The position numbers and the translations under genes were made by a program. From positions 4,030,001 through 4,094,000 of the forward strand of contig CM075991.1 in the NCBI GenBank assembly GCA_038087875.1: a DNA stretch of 64,000 nt, given 5' to 3'. This stretch comes from Malacoraja senta. Its lineage: Eukaryota. Shown in pieces: positions 48,391 through 60,400 of the stretch. Positions within the stretch are counted from its first letter, which is position 1; every line of letters begins with the position of its first letter. Below the pieces are notes generated by a model. The model saw only the letters and a program-made list of their open reading frames with translations. It had not been told where the DNA came from and searched no databases.

Positions 48391-50589
48391 GGAGGAGAGT
48401 ATCTGTGACAGGAGATGAGAGGGACTAAATAAGGAGGGGGCGAATGGGATGGAGATGACATGAATGGGCCTAATGGGCTGAATGGCCTCTTTTTGTAATG
48501 CTGTTAAATGATGCTGGTATTTTACAGGAACTAGGAAATTGCGTGTGTAGTTAAATCCTCTCTCTTTGTCCAGAGCAACTTTCCAGCAGTTCAGTACTTT
48601 GTCACAGTTATGCAGACGATTCTTCTTTAGTCCTAAGTTTGTACTTTTACTTGTGGGCTTTAGGTGAAGGTGAATGCTTTGTCTTCTCAGCTGGATGTAA
48701 TACTTGGGAAGGGATTTATTTGGTGGTTCCAATCAATTTTCCTACCTATTAACATTCCACTGTGGCCAGTAAGTCTTTAACATGGCGCCTATTAACTTTA
48801 AACAGGCAATCTCACTCCAGCTGATTAAATGTGGGTGATGAAAACTGATGTGATGCACTTGCAATCCCAAGGGTTTGCTGGGGCTGAGACACATTGCTGG
48901 GATAAAGTGCAGAAAGCTTTGCTCCATGTCTATTCCAATGATGCCAGTGGACGGCTTGATTTTATTCATGTACAGTCTCTTTTCTTACTCGATAGCATAC
49001 AGACAAAAGCTGTTCACAGTACCTCATCCATGTGACAATACTAAACGTAACCTAAAACGTAAATGAAAAGTAACACTATAACATTAAACATAAACTTAAA
49101 TTAAAACTCCGACTAAACTTGATGGTCGGCACAGCGGTAGAGTTGCTGCCTGACAGCACCAGAGACCTGGGTTCGATCCTGACTATGGGTGCCGTCTGTA
49201 CGGAGTTTGTACGTCCTCCCCGTGACCAGGTGCTGGAGCTTTCCTCCCACACTCCAAAGACGTACAGGTTTGTAGGTTAATTGGCTTTGGTTACATTGTA
49301 AATGGTCCGTAGTGTGGAGGTTAGAGCTAGTTTACGGGGTGATTGCTGGACAGTGTAGAAGGCCTGCATTCTAGATATGCTATGTTCAACTGAATGGAAT
49401 ATCTACAGCCTGCATTGTTCAAGTGGAGAATTTGCAAGCCCACTATTTTCTTGGAGTATTTCATTCCGTTGCACTATCTGAGCTGCAAGCCTCATCAAGC
49501 ACTCCTTTCACCTCGAAATCAGAAGGTTGTGCAGTTGGGATTTGACCAGGAATGTTCAGGGAGAATTACACTGCAGAAATTGCCTGTTCAGTCTGAGTCA
49601 GTATGAGTCAGTATAAATTGCCTGTTCAGTCTGAACAAGTATGCATAAATGATCCTGTGCCACTACATTGAAGAAGAGCTGGCAGTTCACACTGGTTTGC
49701 GGGACGACATTATCCTTGAACCACTGTTACTGAAGTGGGTTAGTCAGTCATTCTTCGAGGATTATTAATTTACTACAACAGAGACTGCACTTCAAAAGAA
49801 ATAGCCCTTTGGTGCTCTGCGTGGCACCACATCAATAAACTAATGCCACCTACCCAATACGCCTAGTTAGTCCTCAGTCCTAGTGCATGGAAGGAACACT
49901 GACCAGTTGTTTCGGGAATAGCTTTTCATGTGGTTTCTGGTAGTTTGGATTAGGTTTTTGGTTTAGGTTTGATTTTATTATTGTCGCGTGTATAGTGAAA
50001 AGTTTAGTTATGCATGCTCTCCGATCAGATCAGATATACTATACCCAAATGCAATCAGGTCAAACTGGAGTACAATAGGTAACGCAGAGGGGAAGATACA
50101 GAGTGCAGAATATAGTTCTCAGCATTGTAGCGCACCAGTTCCATAGACAAGGTCCAATGTCAAGTTGTATCGGGTCAAGTTGAATCGGGCAGTGCCCTAG
50201 CTAATGGAAGGGCAATTCAGAAGCCTGATAACAGAGGGGAAGAAAATGCTCCTGAGTCTGGTGGTGTATGCTTTCAAGCTTCTGTACCTTCTGCCGGATG
50301 ATCAGGCAGAAAATGGAATGTCATAAGAAATGTCATAAGAAAGTATAATTAGGCCATTCGGCCCATCAAGTCTACTCTGCCATTCAATCATGGCTGATCT
50401 ATCTCTCCCTCCTAACCCCATTCTCCTGCCTTCTCCCCATAACCTCTATAACCTGTACTAATCAAGAATTTATCTATCTCTGCCTAAAAAATATCCACTG
50501 ATTAGGCTCTACAGCCTTCTCTGGCAAAGAATCCCACAGATTCACCACCCTCTGACTAAAGAATGACTGGGGTGGGACATTGATTATAG

Positions 50590-50790
50590 GCAGACAAAAA
50601 TGCTGGAGAAACTCAGCGGGTGAGGCAGCATCTATGGAGCGAAGGAAAAAGGCAACGTTTCAGGTCGAAACCCTGAAGAAGGGTTTCGACCCTGAAACGT
50701 TGCCTATTTCCTTCGCTCCATAGATGCTGCCTCACCTGCTTCTCCAGCATTTTTGTCTACCTCCAATTTTCCAGCATCTGCAGTCCCTTC
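50590..50790. mobile_element. near-perfect palindromic PLE-terminus derivative
   Basis: agacaaaaatgctggagaaactcagcgggtgaggcagcatctatggagcgaagg mirrored by ccttcgctccatagatgctgcctcacc..tctccagcatttttgtct. Confidence 0.9.
50672..50704 (+). ncRNA. putative minimal hammerhead ribozyme core
   Basis: CUGAAGA, stem II AGGGU-UUCG-ACCCU, GAAA, CGUU. Confidence 0.6.
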
Positions 50791-50799
50791 TTAAGCCTT

Positions 50800-51040
50800 T
50801 GATTATGTCGGCTGCTTTTCTGAGAGGCAGCGTGAAGTGTAGATGGAGTCAATAGTGGTGAGTCTGATCTGTGTGATGGACTGAGCTACATCCACAACTC
50901 TCTGCAGTTTCTTGAGGTTTTGGGCAGTGCTGTCCCCAAACCAAGCAACGATGTATCCCGACAGTACGCCATCTATGGCGCATCCGTGGAAGTGAGTGAG
51001 AAACATTGGAGACGTGGCAAATTTCCTCCATCTCCTCAGG
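50800..51040 (-). mobile_element. Rex/Babar LINE RT C-terminal fragment
   Basis: VLSGYIVAWFGDSTAQNLKKLQRVVDVAQSI..LTTIDSIYTSRC; element continues at ~49960-50300. Confidence 0.82.
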
Positions 51041-53674
51041 ACTTCATTCTTCTTGAATAATTGTGTCAAAGACCTGTAAAGGTTCAGGTAGATTTCCTCA
51101 GTGCGGGCTGAATAATCTCCAAGCTCCATGAAAGTAAATGTCAAACTAAGGCTGGGAGAGATGCTGAGGATTATGCTGACAGGGCATCAAAAACATGTCA
51201 ATAAGTGCAGACAAGTCAATTCTTAGTTTAGTTTAGAGATACAGTGTGGAAACAGGCCCTCGGCCCACTGAGTCTGTGCTGAGCAGCGATCCCTGCACAC
51301 TAACACTACCCTACACACACGAGGGACACAAAAGTTATGTTCTTTTATTCTGAGGCTGCGCCCTCTTGTCCGAGACTCTCCCATAAGTGGAAACATTCTC
51401 TCTATATCCACTCTATCTAGGCCTTCAGGATCAGAGTCACTACTTGCTATCACTGTGCTCCTCACAATGTGGAATTAAAGCCAGTTACATTGCCACATTT
51501 GGACTGCGAATATTAGTTTTAGTTTAGTTTGGAGATACATTGCCGGAAACAGGCCATTCGGCCCACCGAGTCCATGCCCACACACTAACACTATCCTACA
51601 TACACAAGGGACAATTTACAATGATAACAGGCCAATTAGCTCACCAAACCTGTACGTGTTTGGAATGTGGGAGGAAACCAGGGCTCCTGGGGAAAACCCA
51701 CGTGGGTCACGGGGGGCAACATACAAACTCCGTACAGAGTGCACCCATAGTCAGGATGGAACCCAAGTCTAAGGCGCTGTAAGGCAGTAACTCTACCACT
51801 GCGTGCTGTGCTGCCCTGTATATAAATCCAAAAGAATTAGGAGTAGGACAAAAACACTAAGTCCTTCGAGCCCTCTCCATTACTCATCAAGATAATGGTG
51901 CCCAATGTCTTTACTTTCTTAGAAGCTTAAATAGATTTGGGCGTGTCACCGAATACTCCGACAAACCTCAGGAGATATAGTTTAGTTAGAGATACAGCGC
52001 GGAAACAGGCCCTTCAGCCCACCGACTCCGCACCGATCAGCGATCCCCACACATTAACACTATCCTACACACACAAGGGACAATTTTTTTTTTACACATG
52101 CACTAAGCCACTTAACCTACAAACGATTACGTCTTTGGAGTGTGGGAGGAAACCGAAGATCTCGGCGAAAACCCACGAGGTCATGGGGAGAACGTACAAA
52201 CTCCGTACAGACAGCACCTGTAGTCGGGATCGAACATCAGTTCTCTGGCGCTGCAAGGGCAGCAACTCTACCGCTGCATCACTGTGGTCGCCCATATACT
52301 GTGGTCCCCTGACTGGTTGTGTCTTGGCTTGGTACAGCAATGCCGATGCACAGGAGGGTGAGAATCTGCAGAGAGTGATACACTCAGCCGAACCCTCCCC
52401 TACACCTACACGAGATGCTGCCTCAAGAATAGTGCTGTAGGACAGTGCTGTGTAGGATAGTGCTGTCGGACAGTGCTGTAAGATAATGCTAGTGTACGGG
52501 GATCGCTGGTCGGTGCGGACCCGCTGGGCCAAAGGGCCTGCTTCCGCGCAGTACCTCTAAACTACACTAAACTAAACTAAAGGAAGGAAGATCTTGGGGA
52601 AGGTGGGATGAAGGGCTAGATAGGTTCTTTAATACAATGGAATAAAAACGTTTGTTTGGTTTAATTTAGTTTAGAGAAACAGCATGGAAACTGGCCTTTT
52701 GGCCCACCGAATCCGCACCGACCAGCGATCCCTGCACATTAACAGTATCCTACACACACTCGGCACAATTTACATGTATACCAAGCCAATTAACCTACAA
52801 ACCCATACGTCTTTGGAGTGTGAGAGGAAACCGAAGATCTCGGAGAAAACCCACGCAGGTCACGGGAACTCCGTGCAGACAGTACCCGTAGTCAGGATCG
52901 AACCCGGGTCTCTGGCGCTGTGAGGCAGCTACTCTACCTCTGCCCCACCAATAACATTATTAAAGCAAAACTCATAGAGAGCAAATAATATTAACGTTGC
53001 CATCTCATCACTCTGGCTGATGATATATTCAGGCTGTTGCAACTAGAGCAGTCTGTTAAATAACAGTGAAAGTCAGCACTACAAACTGCATGTTGCAACC
53101 TGTACCACAACCAAGCATCGAGATGGACCTCAAGTTAATTGTACAGCAATTCTCTACACCCAAACCTATAGCTTGAAACTTGTTTATGGCTCAATACACC
53201 AGTCACCAGTCCGAGGCAGTGAAACTATTCCTGCAAACATTTTATTCCATCTTTATGCTAAATCAATACAATGTCTTTGTCGCAGATATGAGAGTGGCAT
53301 TTAAGAGGTTTTTAGGAAGCGGGTACTATAGTGGCGTTTAAAAGGCTCTTAGATAGGCACATGGATACACAGGGAATGGAGGGATATGGATCACGTGCAG
53401 GCAGATGAGGTTAACATCTTCAGCACAGACAATGCGGACCGAACGGCCTGTTCCTGTGTTGTACTATTCTATGTGTATGAAGGAACTGCAGATGCTGGTT
53501 TAAATCGAATATAGACACAAAATGCTGGAGTAAAGGGACTGTCCCACTTGGGCGACCTAATCCGCGAGTCCTGAAGAGTGTCTTCGACCTTCAAGCTCGA
53601 GGGCTCTCGCCTGGAAAACCTCGAGCTGGATCGACAGTCCGCATTGAAACCGCGAGCCGGATCGACCAACTGCG

Positions 53675-53699
53675 CACACACACACACACACGCTTATGC

Positions 53700-53790
<91 letters not shown>
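53675..53790. repeat. (CA)n microsatellite
   Basis: directly visible. Confidence 0.97.
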
Positions 53791-53791
<1 letters not shown>

Positions 53792-53899
53792 CGCAGAGGC
53801 GGGGGCCAGGGAAAGCGGGGGAGCGCTGTCTAAAACTCACACCCGCGATGAAGAAGAAGGTAAACAGCTGCACAGTAACGGTAAGTCCTTTAGAGAGCG

Positions 53900-54110
53900 C
53901 GGAGGGGGGGGGGGGGGATGAAGGAGATAGAAGGGGACAAAGGGTGAGAGAAAGGGGAGAGAAGTGGAGAGAAGGGGGGAGAAGGGGGAGAGAAGGGAGA
54001 GAAGGGGGGAGAAGTGGGGGAGGGGAGAGAAGGGGAGAGAAGGGGGGGAGAAGGGGGGAGGGGAGAGAAAGGGAGAGAAGGGGGGAGAAGGGGGGAGAAG
54101 GAGTGGAGAC
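53900..54110. repeat. purine-rich (GnAGAA)n low-complexity tract
   Basis: directly visible. Confidence 0.9.
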
Positions 54111-55704
54111 ACTTTAAAGAAGTACAATAAAGTTTAGCGGGCATTTTACCTCCCGGTCGGTTTTCCTGGGTCCTGAAAACTCCAATGAGCCAATCAAAAT
54201 GCCCAGTCAGCGAAGAAGATTGTCTACGGCTGCCCTCGACTGCCTGTAATTAAATAGCGACCCCACTCCACTGCAATACTACGAGTTAAAAAGACCCATG
54301 CCGACCAAATTTTACTCACGGAAAAGTTTTCAACATGCTGAAAGTTTTTCCGCGACCTAGCTGAGGCCGCGAGTATTCGGGAACTTCGCTCGAGCATGAA
54401 GGAGAGTTCCAGCGGCCTCATAGGACCTCCTAGGACCACGTGTCGACCATGCTGTGAGTTTGAAGGTCGAAGATACTCTTATAAACTCGCAGATTAGGTC
54501 GCCCAAGTGGGACAGCCCCTTAACTCAGCAGGACAGGCAGCATCCCCAGAGAGAAGGAATGAATGACATTTCCGGTCAAGACCCTTCTTCAGTCTCCAGA
54601 GATGCTGCCTATCCCACTGAGTTACTCCAGCATTTTGTGTTTATCTTGTACTATTCTATGTTCTTGATTCAATAGTCACCATGGCTTCCCTTCATGGAAG
54701 GACCACTGATAAGATATTTGGCAGTGGTGGCTTTGTGATGTTCTCATGCAAAACATTTCGTGTTTTATTCTTTACAGCGCAGTTATTAGTGATCTCAGGA
54801 GACCCCCAGACTGCCAACAATGTAGCACACAGCAACACAAGGAAAAACAAAGACACAAAGTGCTGAAGTAACTCAGCGGGTCAGGCAGCATCTCTGGAGA
54901 ACTTGGATAGCTGACATTTTGGGTCTGGACCTTTAACGTAAGGAATGCGGCATCTTATTTATATTCATAGAAAGTTCCCACAATAGCATTGCCATGTTGT
55001 ACAGTTTATACAGATGTTGACTGAAGGAGAATCTTTAGTGTTAGTTTAGTTTATTGTCATGTGCACCGAGGTACAGTGAAAAACTTTTTATTGCGTGCCA
55101 TCCTGTGAACGGAAAGACTATACATGATTAAAATCAAGCCGTCCACAGTCTACAGTTACAGTATAAAGAGAATAGCATATAGTGCAATGTAGAGTCCGAT
55201 TAAAGATAGTCTGAGGGTCTCCAATGAGCTAGGTACAGTAGTAGCTCAGGATGTTGTTGATAGGATGTTCAGTTGCCTGATGACGCTGGAAAGAAATTGT
55301 CTCTGCATCTGGAGGTGTGCGTTTTCACACTTCTGTACCGCTTGTCTGATGGGAGAGGGGAGAAGAGGAGTGACCATGGTGAGACTTTTCCTTGATTATG
55401 CTGGTGGCCTTGCCGAGGCAGGGTGAAGTATAGATGGAAGGGACGTTGGTTTGTGTGATGGTCTGGGCTGCATCCACATCTCTGCAATTTCTTGCGGTCT
55501 TGGATGGAGCTGTTACCGTCCATGGTGTGATGCTTCCTGTTCAAATATATTTTACGGCACATAAGTTATAGGAGTAGAATTAGGCCATTCGGCCCATTGA
55601 GTCCACACTGCCATTCAATCATGGCTGATCTCTGCCTCCGATTCCCTTGAGTAAAGATTGAAATTCCAGCAGGGTGAGTAGTGGAACAGTTGAATTTGGA
55701 AGCA

Positions 55705-56020
55705 AGATTTCCTCCTTCCTTCCCTTCCCTTCTCCCTGTCTTCCTTCCCCTTTCCGACTTCTCTCCCTTTTCTCCCATCTCTCCTTCCAGTCTTCCAACC
55801 TCTCTTACCCCATTCTTTTGGCTTCTCTTCCCCCTCTTTCCTTTCTCCGTATCTATGCCTCTTTCCTCATCCCTGTTTCTTCCTTTCGCACCCTCCTTCA
55901 TTGCCCCATCTGTCCTTCTTTCATTTCCTCCTTCACCCTCTCCGTCCCTTCCCCTCACCTCCCCCTTCTTTTCCGCCCTTCCTTCCTTCCTCCCTCCCTC
56001 TTTCCAGCTCGCTCTCTTTT
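55705..56020. repeat. polypyrimidine low-complexity tract
   Basis: about 300 bp that is mostly C/T. Confidence 0.88.
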
Positions 56021-56709
56021 CACCACGGTGATGTTGGTGCCAGGGGTTTGGAGAAGGGGTAGAGAAGGGAAAGCTTCCCGGTGACATCCCTCACAGAGCA
56101 CCCGGGGATAAATGCCGCTTAAACAGTGGAGGCTTTTGAAGGTGAAGGAAAGCCTCACAACTGCATCATAGCCACAGGCATTACTTAGGATTCTTTAGGA
56201 TTCTAACCATTGTGCAACCAGGGATCAGCATGGCGTGCAAAAGCCTGTAGACAGACACGAACCCAAAGCCACATAATGGCAAAAAATGAGCACCATCTGT
56301 TGAGAAATCTACTCGTTCCGTTCCCCGCTCTATCAGTGTTGACACAGAAGTATTTCTCAGCATGCCTCATTCATTAATAATCCAACAGCCACTCCAACAT
56401 CTCACTGGCACAAAACGCCTAGTGAGCAACCAACTTGCAGAGTTTCCACAGCCACTCGGGACGCTTCTGCCCGATTAGACGTGAATTTGTACTCTTTCTT
56501 TCCCCCTATTCCTTCTGTGGCCATGTTTCTCACTGCCCTCCCGCTCCAAGGGGTGGTGGTCTGGCAGTCGAGACTTGAATCTTACGAATATGGGGCAGAG
56601 GTGGTGGTATTTGAGAAAATTGCCTTGCTCAGGAAGTCATGAATTGATGGCACAGTGACGTCCGATGAGTGGTAAGACAGCCTGCAAAAAATCCATTCTC
56701 TCTTGTGAG

Positions 56710-57185
56710 CAGATTTTGCACCGCATATCTGAGGAAGGATGTGCTGTCGTTGGAGAGGGCCCAGTGGAGGTTTACGAGAATGATCCCAGGAATGAGAGGG
56801 GGACCTCATTGAAACTTACCAAATAGTGAAAGGCCTGGATAGAGTGCATGTGGAGAGGATGTTTCCACTAGTGGGAGAGTCTAGGAGCAGAGGGCACAGC
56901 CTCAGAATAAAAGGACGTACCTTTAGAAAGGAGATGAGGAAAATTTTCTTTAGTTAGAGGGTGGTGAATCTGTGGAATTCATTGACACAGACGGCTGTGG
57001 AGGTCAAGTCAATGGATATTTTTAAGGTGGCGATTCTCAGATTTTAGATTAGTAAGGGTGTCAAGAGTTATGGGGAGAAGGCAGGAGAATGGGGTTGAGA
57101 GGGAAAGATAGATCAGCCATGATTGAATGGCCTGGTAGAGTTGATGGGCCGAATGACCTTATTCTGCTCCTAGACCTTATGAAAT
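56710..57185 (+). mobile_element. CR1 3' fragment
   Basis: GDLIETYQIVKGLDRV.VERMFPLVGESR..GHSLRIKG; CR1 3'UTR. Confidence 0.9.
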
Positions 57186-58011
57186 TTACAAATCTATCAA
57201 CTCCCAACCTCCTGTTTGAAGAACTGCTCCAATTCCTTATAGCAACTCACATCAGCTGACATCTTAGATGCCAATTGCTGAACCAAAGTGGCATTGGTGA
57301 ATATCATTCCACAACCAAGCACCTGGAAGTTAACCTGATGTGTATATATATATGTTGCCTATGTTGGAGGCTTTAGTTACGAGGAGAAAATTGCAAAGAT
57401 AAGTTTGTTTTTCCCTTGCCCTGAAAGAGGCTTAGTTTAGTTTAGTTTAGAGATACAGAGCGGAAACAGGCCCTTCGTCCCACCGAGGCTGCGCTGACCA
57501 ATCATCACCGTGCACCATACACCTCATCCAACACATGAGGGAAATGTTTCCATTTTTTTTACCAAAACCAAATTAACCTGTTAACAAATTGGCGTCTTTG
57601 GAGTGTGGGAGGAAACCGGATAACCAGGTAAAACCCACGTGGTCACAGGGAGAACGTGCAAATGGTACAGACTTAGTCAGGATCAAACTCGGGTCTCTGG
57701 TGCTATAAGGCAGCAACTCTACCGCTGTGCCACCATGTTGTATGTGAAGTAAGGAATTTAAGGTTACGAGAGGCATAGTGGTCGTAATTTGTTTTGTGGT
57801 AGGATATCAAAAACAAGAGGATATCGTTTTAAGGTGAAAGGGAGGGTATTTGAGGGGAAAGTTTCTTATATTGAGAATAACTGATATCTGGAACACATTT
57901 CCTGAGAGGAGGTGAAATTGCATAAAATGACTACATTTAAGAGACAAGATTTATCCAAGGGCCTGTTTCCACGCTGTATGACTCTCTAAGTTTGAAAAAC
58001 GAGCTGTATTA

Positions 58012-58350
58012 GGATCATGGAGTCATAACGCATGGTAACGGGCCCTTTGGCCTAACTTGCCCAAACCAACCAGCAAGTCCCATCTACACTAGTCACTCAT
58101 GCCTGCAGTTGGTCAATATCTTTCCAAACCTATCCTATCCATGTACCTGTCAAAATGTTTATTAAATCTTGTGATAGTCCCTGCCTCAACTACCTCCTCT
58201 GGCAGCTCGTTCCATATACCTATGTGGAAAAGTTGCCCCTCAGCCTCCTACTAAATCGTTTCCCCCTAACCTTAAACCTTTGTCCTCTGGTTCTCGATTC
58301 CCCTACTCTGGATGTATTTAGCCTATCGATTCCTCTCATGATCTTATACA
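58012..58350 (-). mobile_element. CR1 3' fragment (similar copies at 24655-24955 and 60975-61630)
   Basis: (catagagt)n-type tail and ORF2 end remnants. Confidence 0.8.
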
Positions 58351-59423
58351 CAGTCTTGGTTGCACTTGTAACTTTGGGGTTTTGTCTTGCTTCGCACTAA
58401 TGATATTTTTTATTTATTAATTGAACTTTTAAAAATTATTTATTTAGTCAGTTTTGCTTGGTTTATTGTCACGTGTACCGAGGTACAGTGAAAAGGTTTT
58501 GTTGCATGCTATCCAGTCAGCGGAAAGACAATACATGATCACAACAAGACATTTACAGTGTATAGATACATGATCAGGGAATAACATTAAGTGCGAGGTA
58601 AAACCAGCAAAGCCCGATCAATGATAGTCCGAGGGTCACGAATGAGGTAGATAGTAGTTCTGCACTGCTCTCTGGTTGTGGTAGGATGATTCAGATGCCC
58701 GATAACAGTTGGGAAGAAATTGATCCTGAATCTGAAGGTGTGCGTTTTCACACTTCTATACCTCTTGCTTGATGGGAGAGGGCTGAAGAGGGAATGGCCA
58801 GGGTGCGACTCGTCCTTGTATCCATTGAGTACTGTGTTTACAGCTGCGGTAAGTAAGAATTTCATTGTTCCGTTTCGGTACAGATGACAATTATACACCC
58901 TTATACTCTTGATGCTTGAAGTCTCGGGAGTGCAAGAAAGTCTTTTATTTCTTCACTGAGTTATGTGCGGCCTCTGCATGATGATCATTCCCCTGACAAA
59001 GAGCGCAGGCTTGACCTTTGGCATGGGCTCATGCCATGGTTTGATTATTCTTATTAAGCTTTTAAATCCAAAGAGTACTTTGAACCTTGGCAATGGATTT
59101 AAACAAAAAATGATTTTATTTCATTTCTATTTAGAGAGCAAATACTTTTTCTGCCAATTATTGATTGCCTCTTTAACACGACTTCTTGAAATGTGGGAAT
59201 CGCTGGCAAGAATGTTCGAAGATCAAAATGCATGCAAGCAAAGCACAGAGCTCACAGTCCGCTGAGCCTCACAGATCCAGTTCTTGTGTATGATGTGGAG
59301 CCCGGGGTCTGCCGGCACTTCAAAACCTGTTTCATTTAGTTTTGTTTAGAGATACAGCGCGGAAACAGGCCCTTCGGCCCACCTGGTCCGCGCCGACCAG
59401 CGATCCCCACGCATTAACCCATC

Positions 59424-60400
59424 AAGGAGGAGCCGCCATCTTGGAGGAACGGTTGCTAAACAGCAGCCGTCCGTCAAAATCACTTTTTCTTTAGTTTTAG
59501 CTTTTTTTTAATTTCTCTGTTTGTTTGGGGGATTTTAACTTTTAATGTGGGGGGGGGGGTAAGGGGGAAACTATTTCTAGGTCCCTATCTGGTCGGTGAG
59601 GCAGCTTTTTCTCCAGGCTGCCTCGTCGACCTGTCCTCGTGGCCTACCAGCGGGCATGGAGCGCCGTTTCCTGACGGGGACCGCCCAGCACTTTCAGCTT
59701 CGGATGGCGGCACAGCGCTGGAGCGCTATCGTGGAGCGTAGCGGGCGATGCCTTGCCTGGGTCGCCGCGCTGGGTCGACGCGGTGGAGCTCCGGTATGCG
59801 GTGACTGCCGAGATCAACACCTCCGGGCTGCGGGTCTGCGGAGCGACCAGCCGCGGGCGGTGGCGCCGACTTTAACATCAGGAGCCTCGTGGCTCCAACT
59901 CGGCGCGGCCCTGTCGGCTTCAGGTGCCATCGACTCCGCTGGGAAACCGGCCGTTCCAGCCGCTGCGAGGACTCTCCCGACGGCCAGGAACATCGGGCCT
60001 CCGTAGAGGCAACTGTGGTGGCCTCGATGGGCCTGACTCTGGGGAGAACTGGGTTGGGGACTGGACATTGTGCCTTCCCCCACAGTGGTAACCATTGTGG
60101 GGGGATGATTTTGTGTGCTGTGCCTGTTAGTCTGTATTCAAGATGGCAGTCGGAGGGGAGAGTGGACGCTGGCGCGAATTGGCTGCCGCTGCTCTCTCCT
60201 CAAATTGTGTTTCTTATTTTCTTCTTGTGCTTTTGTAATTGAATTCTGTCCTTGATTTGTGTACTGTGGTGTTTTTATATTTAATTTATTCCGATTATGT
60301 GTTTTGTATTTTTGTGATTCTATGCCTTGTAAGGTGTCCTTGGGTGTTAGAAAGGCGCCAGCAAATAAAATGAATTATTATTATTATTATTATTATTATT
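59424..60400 (+). mobile_element. ~980-bp GC-rich non-coding retroposon with L2-type 3' tail, inserted in a V-SINE (59335-60606)
   Basis: ends gtaaggtgtccttgggtgttagaaaggcgcc..aaataaaatgaa(tta)n; short atc duplication; host SINE resumes at atcctacacacac. Confidence 0.75.

Larger units (their letters stand above)
53534..54520. mobile_element. non-autonomous PIF/Harbinger-like element (~990 bp) containing (CA)n and purine-rich tracts
   Basis: TIRs agggactgtcccacttgggcgacctaatc.gcgag / ctcgcagattaggtcgcccaagtgggacagcccct; exact TAA TSD (53531-53533, 54521-54523) splitting gctggagTAActcagc. Confidence 0.9.

Noticed and set aside
55566..56087. 116-173 aa ORFs
   Set aside because: Products of the polypyrimidine/polypurine tract
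56180..56270. Minus-strand acceptor-like gtgtctgtctacag at 56244
   Set aside because: Weak pyrimidine tract and no coding support; not enough to call an exon
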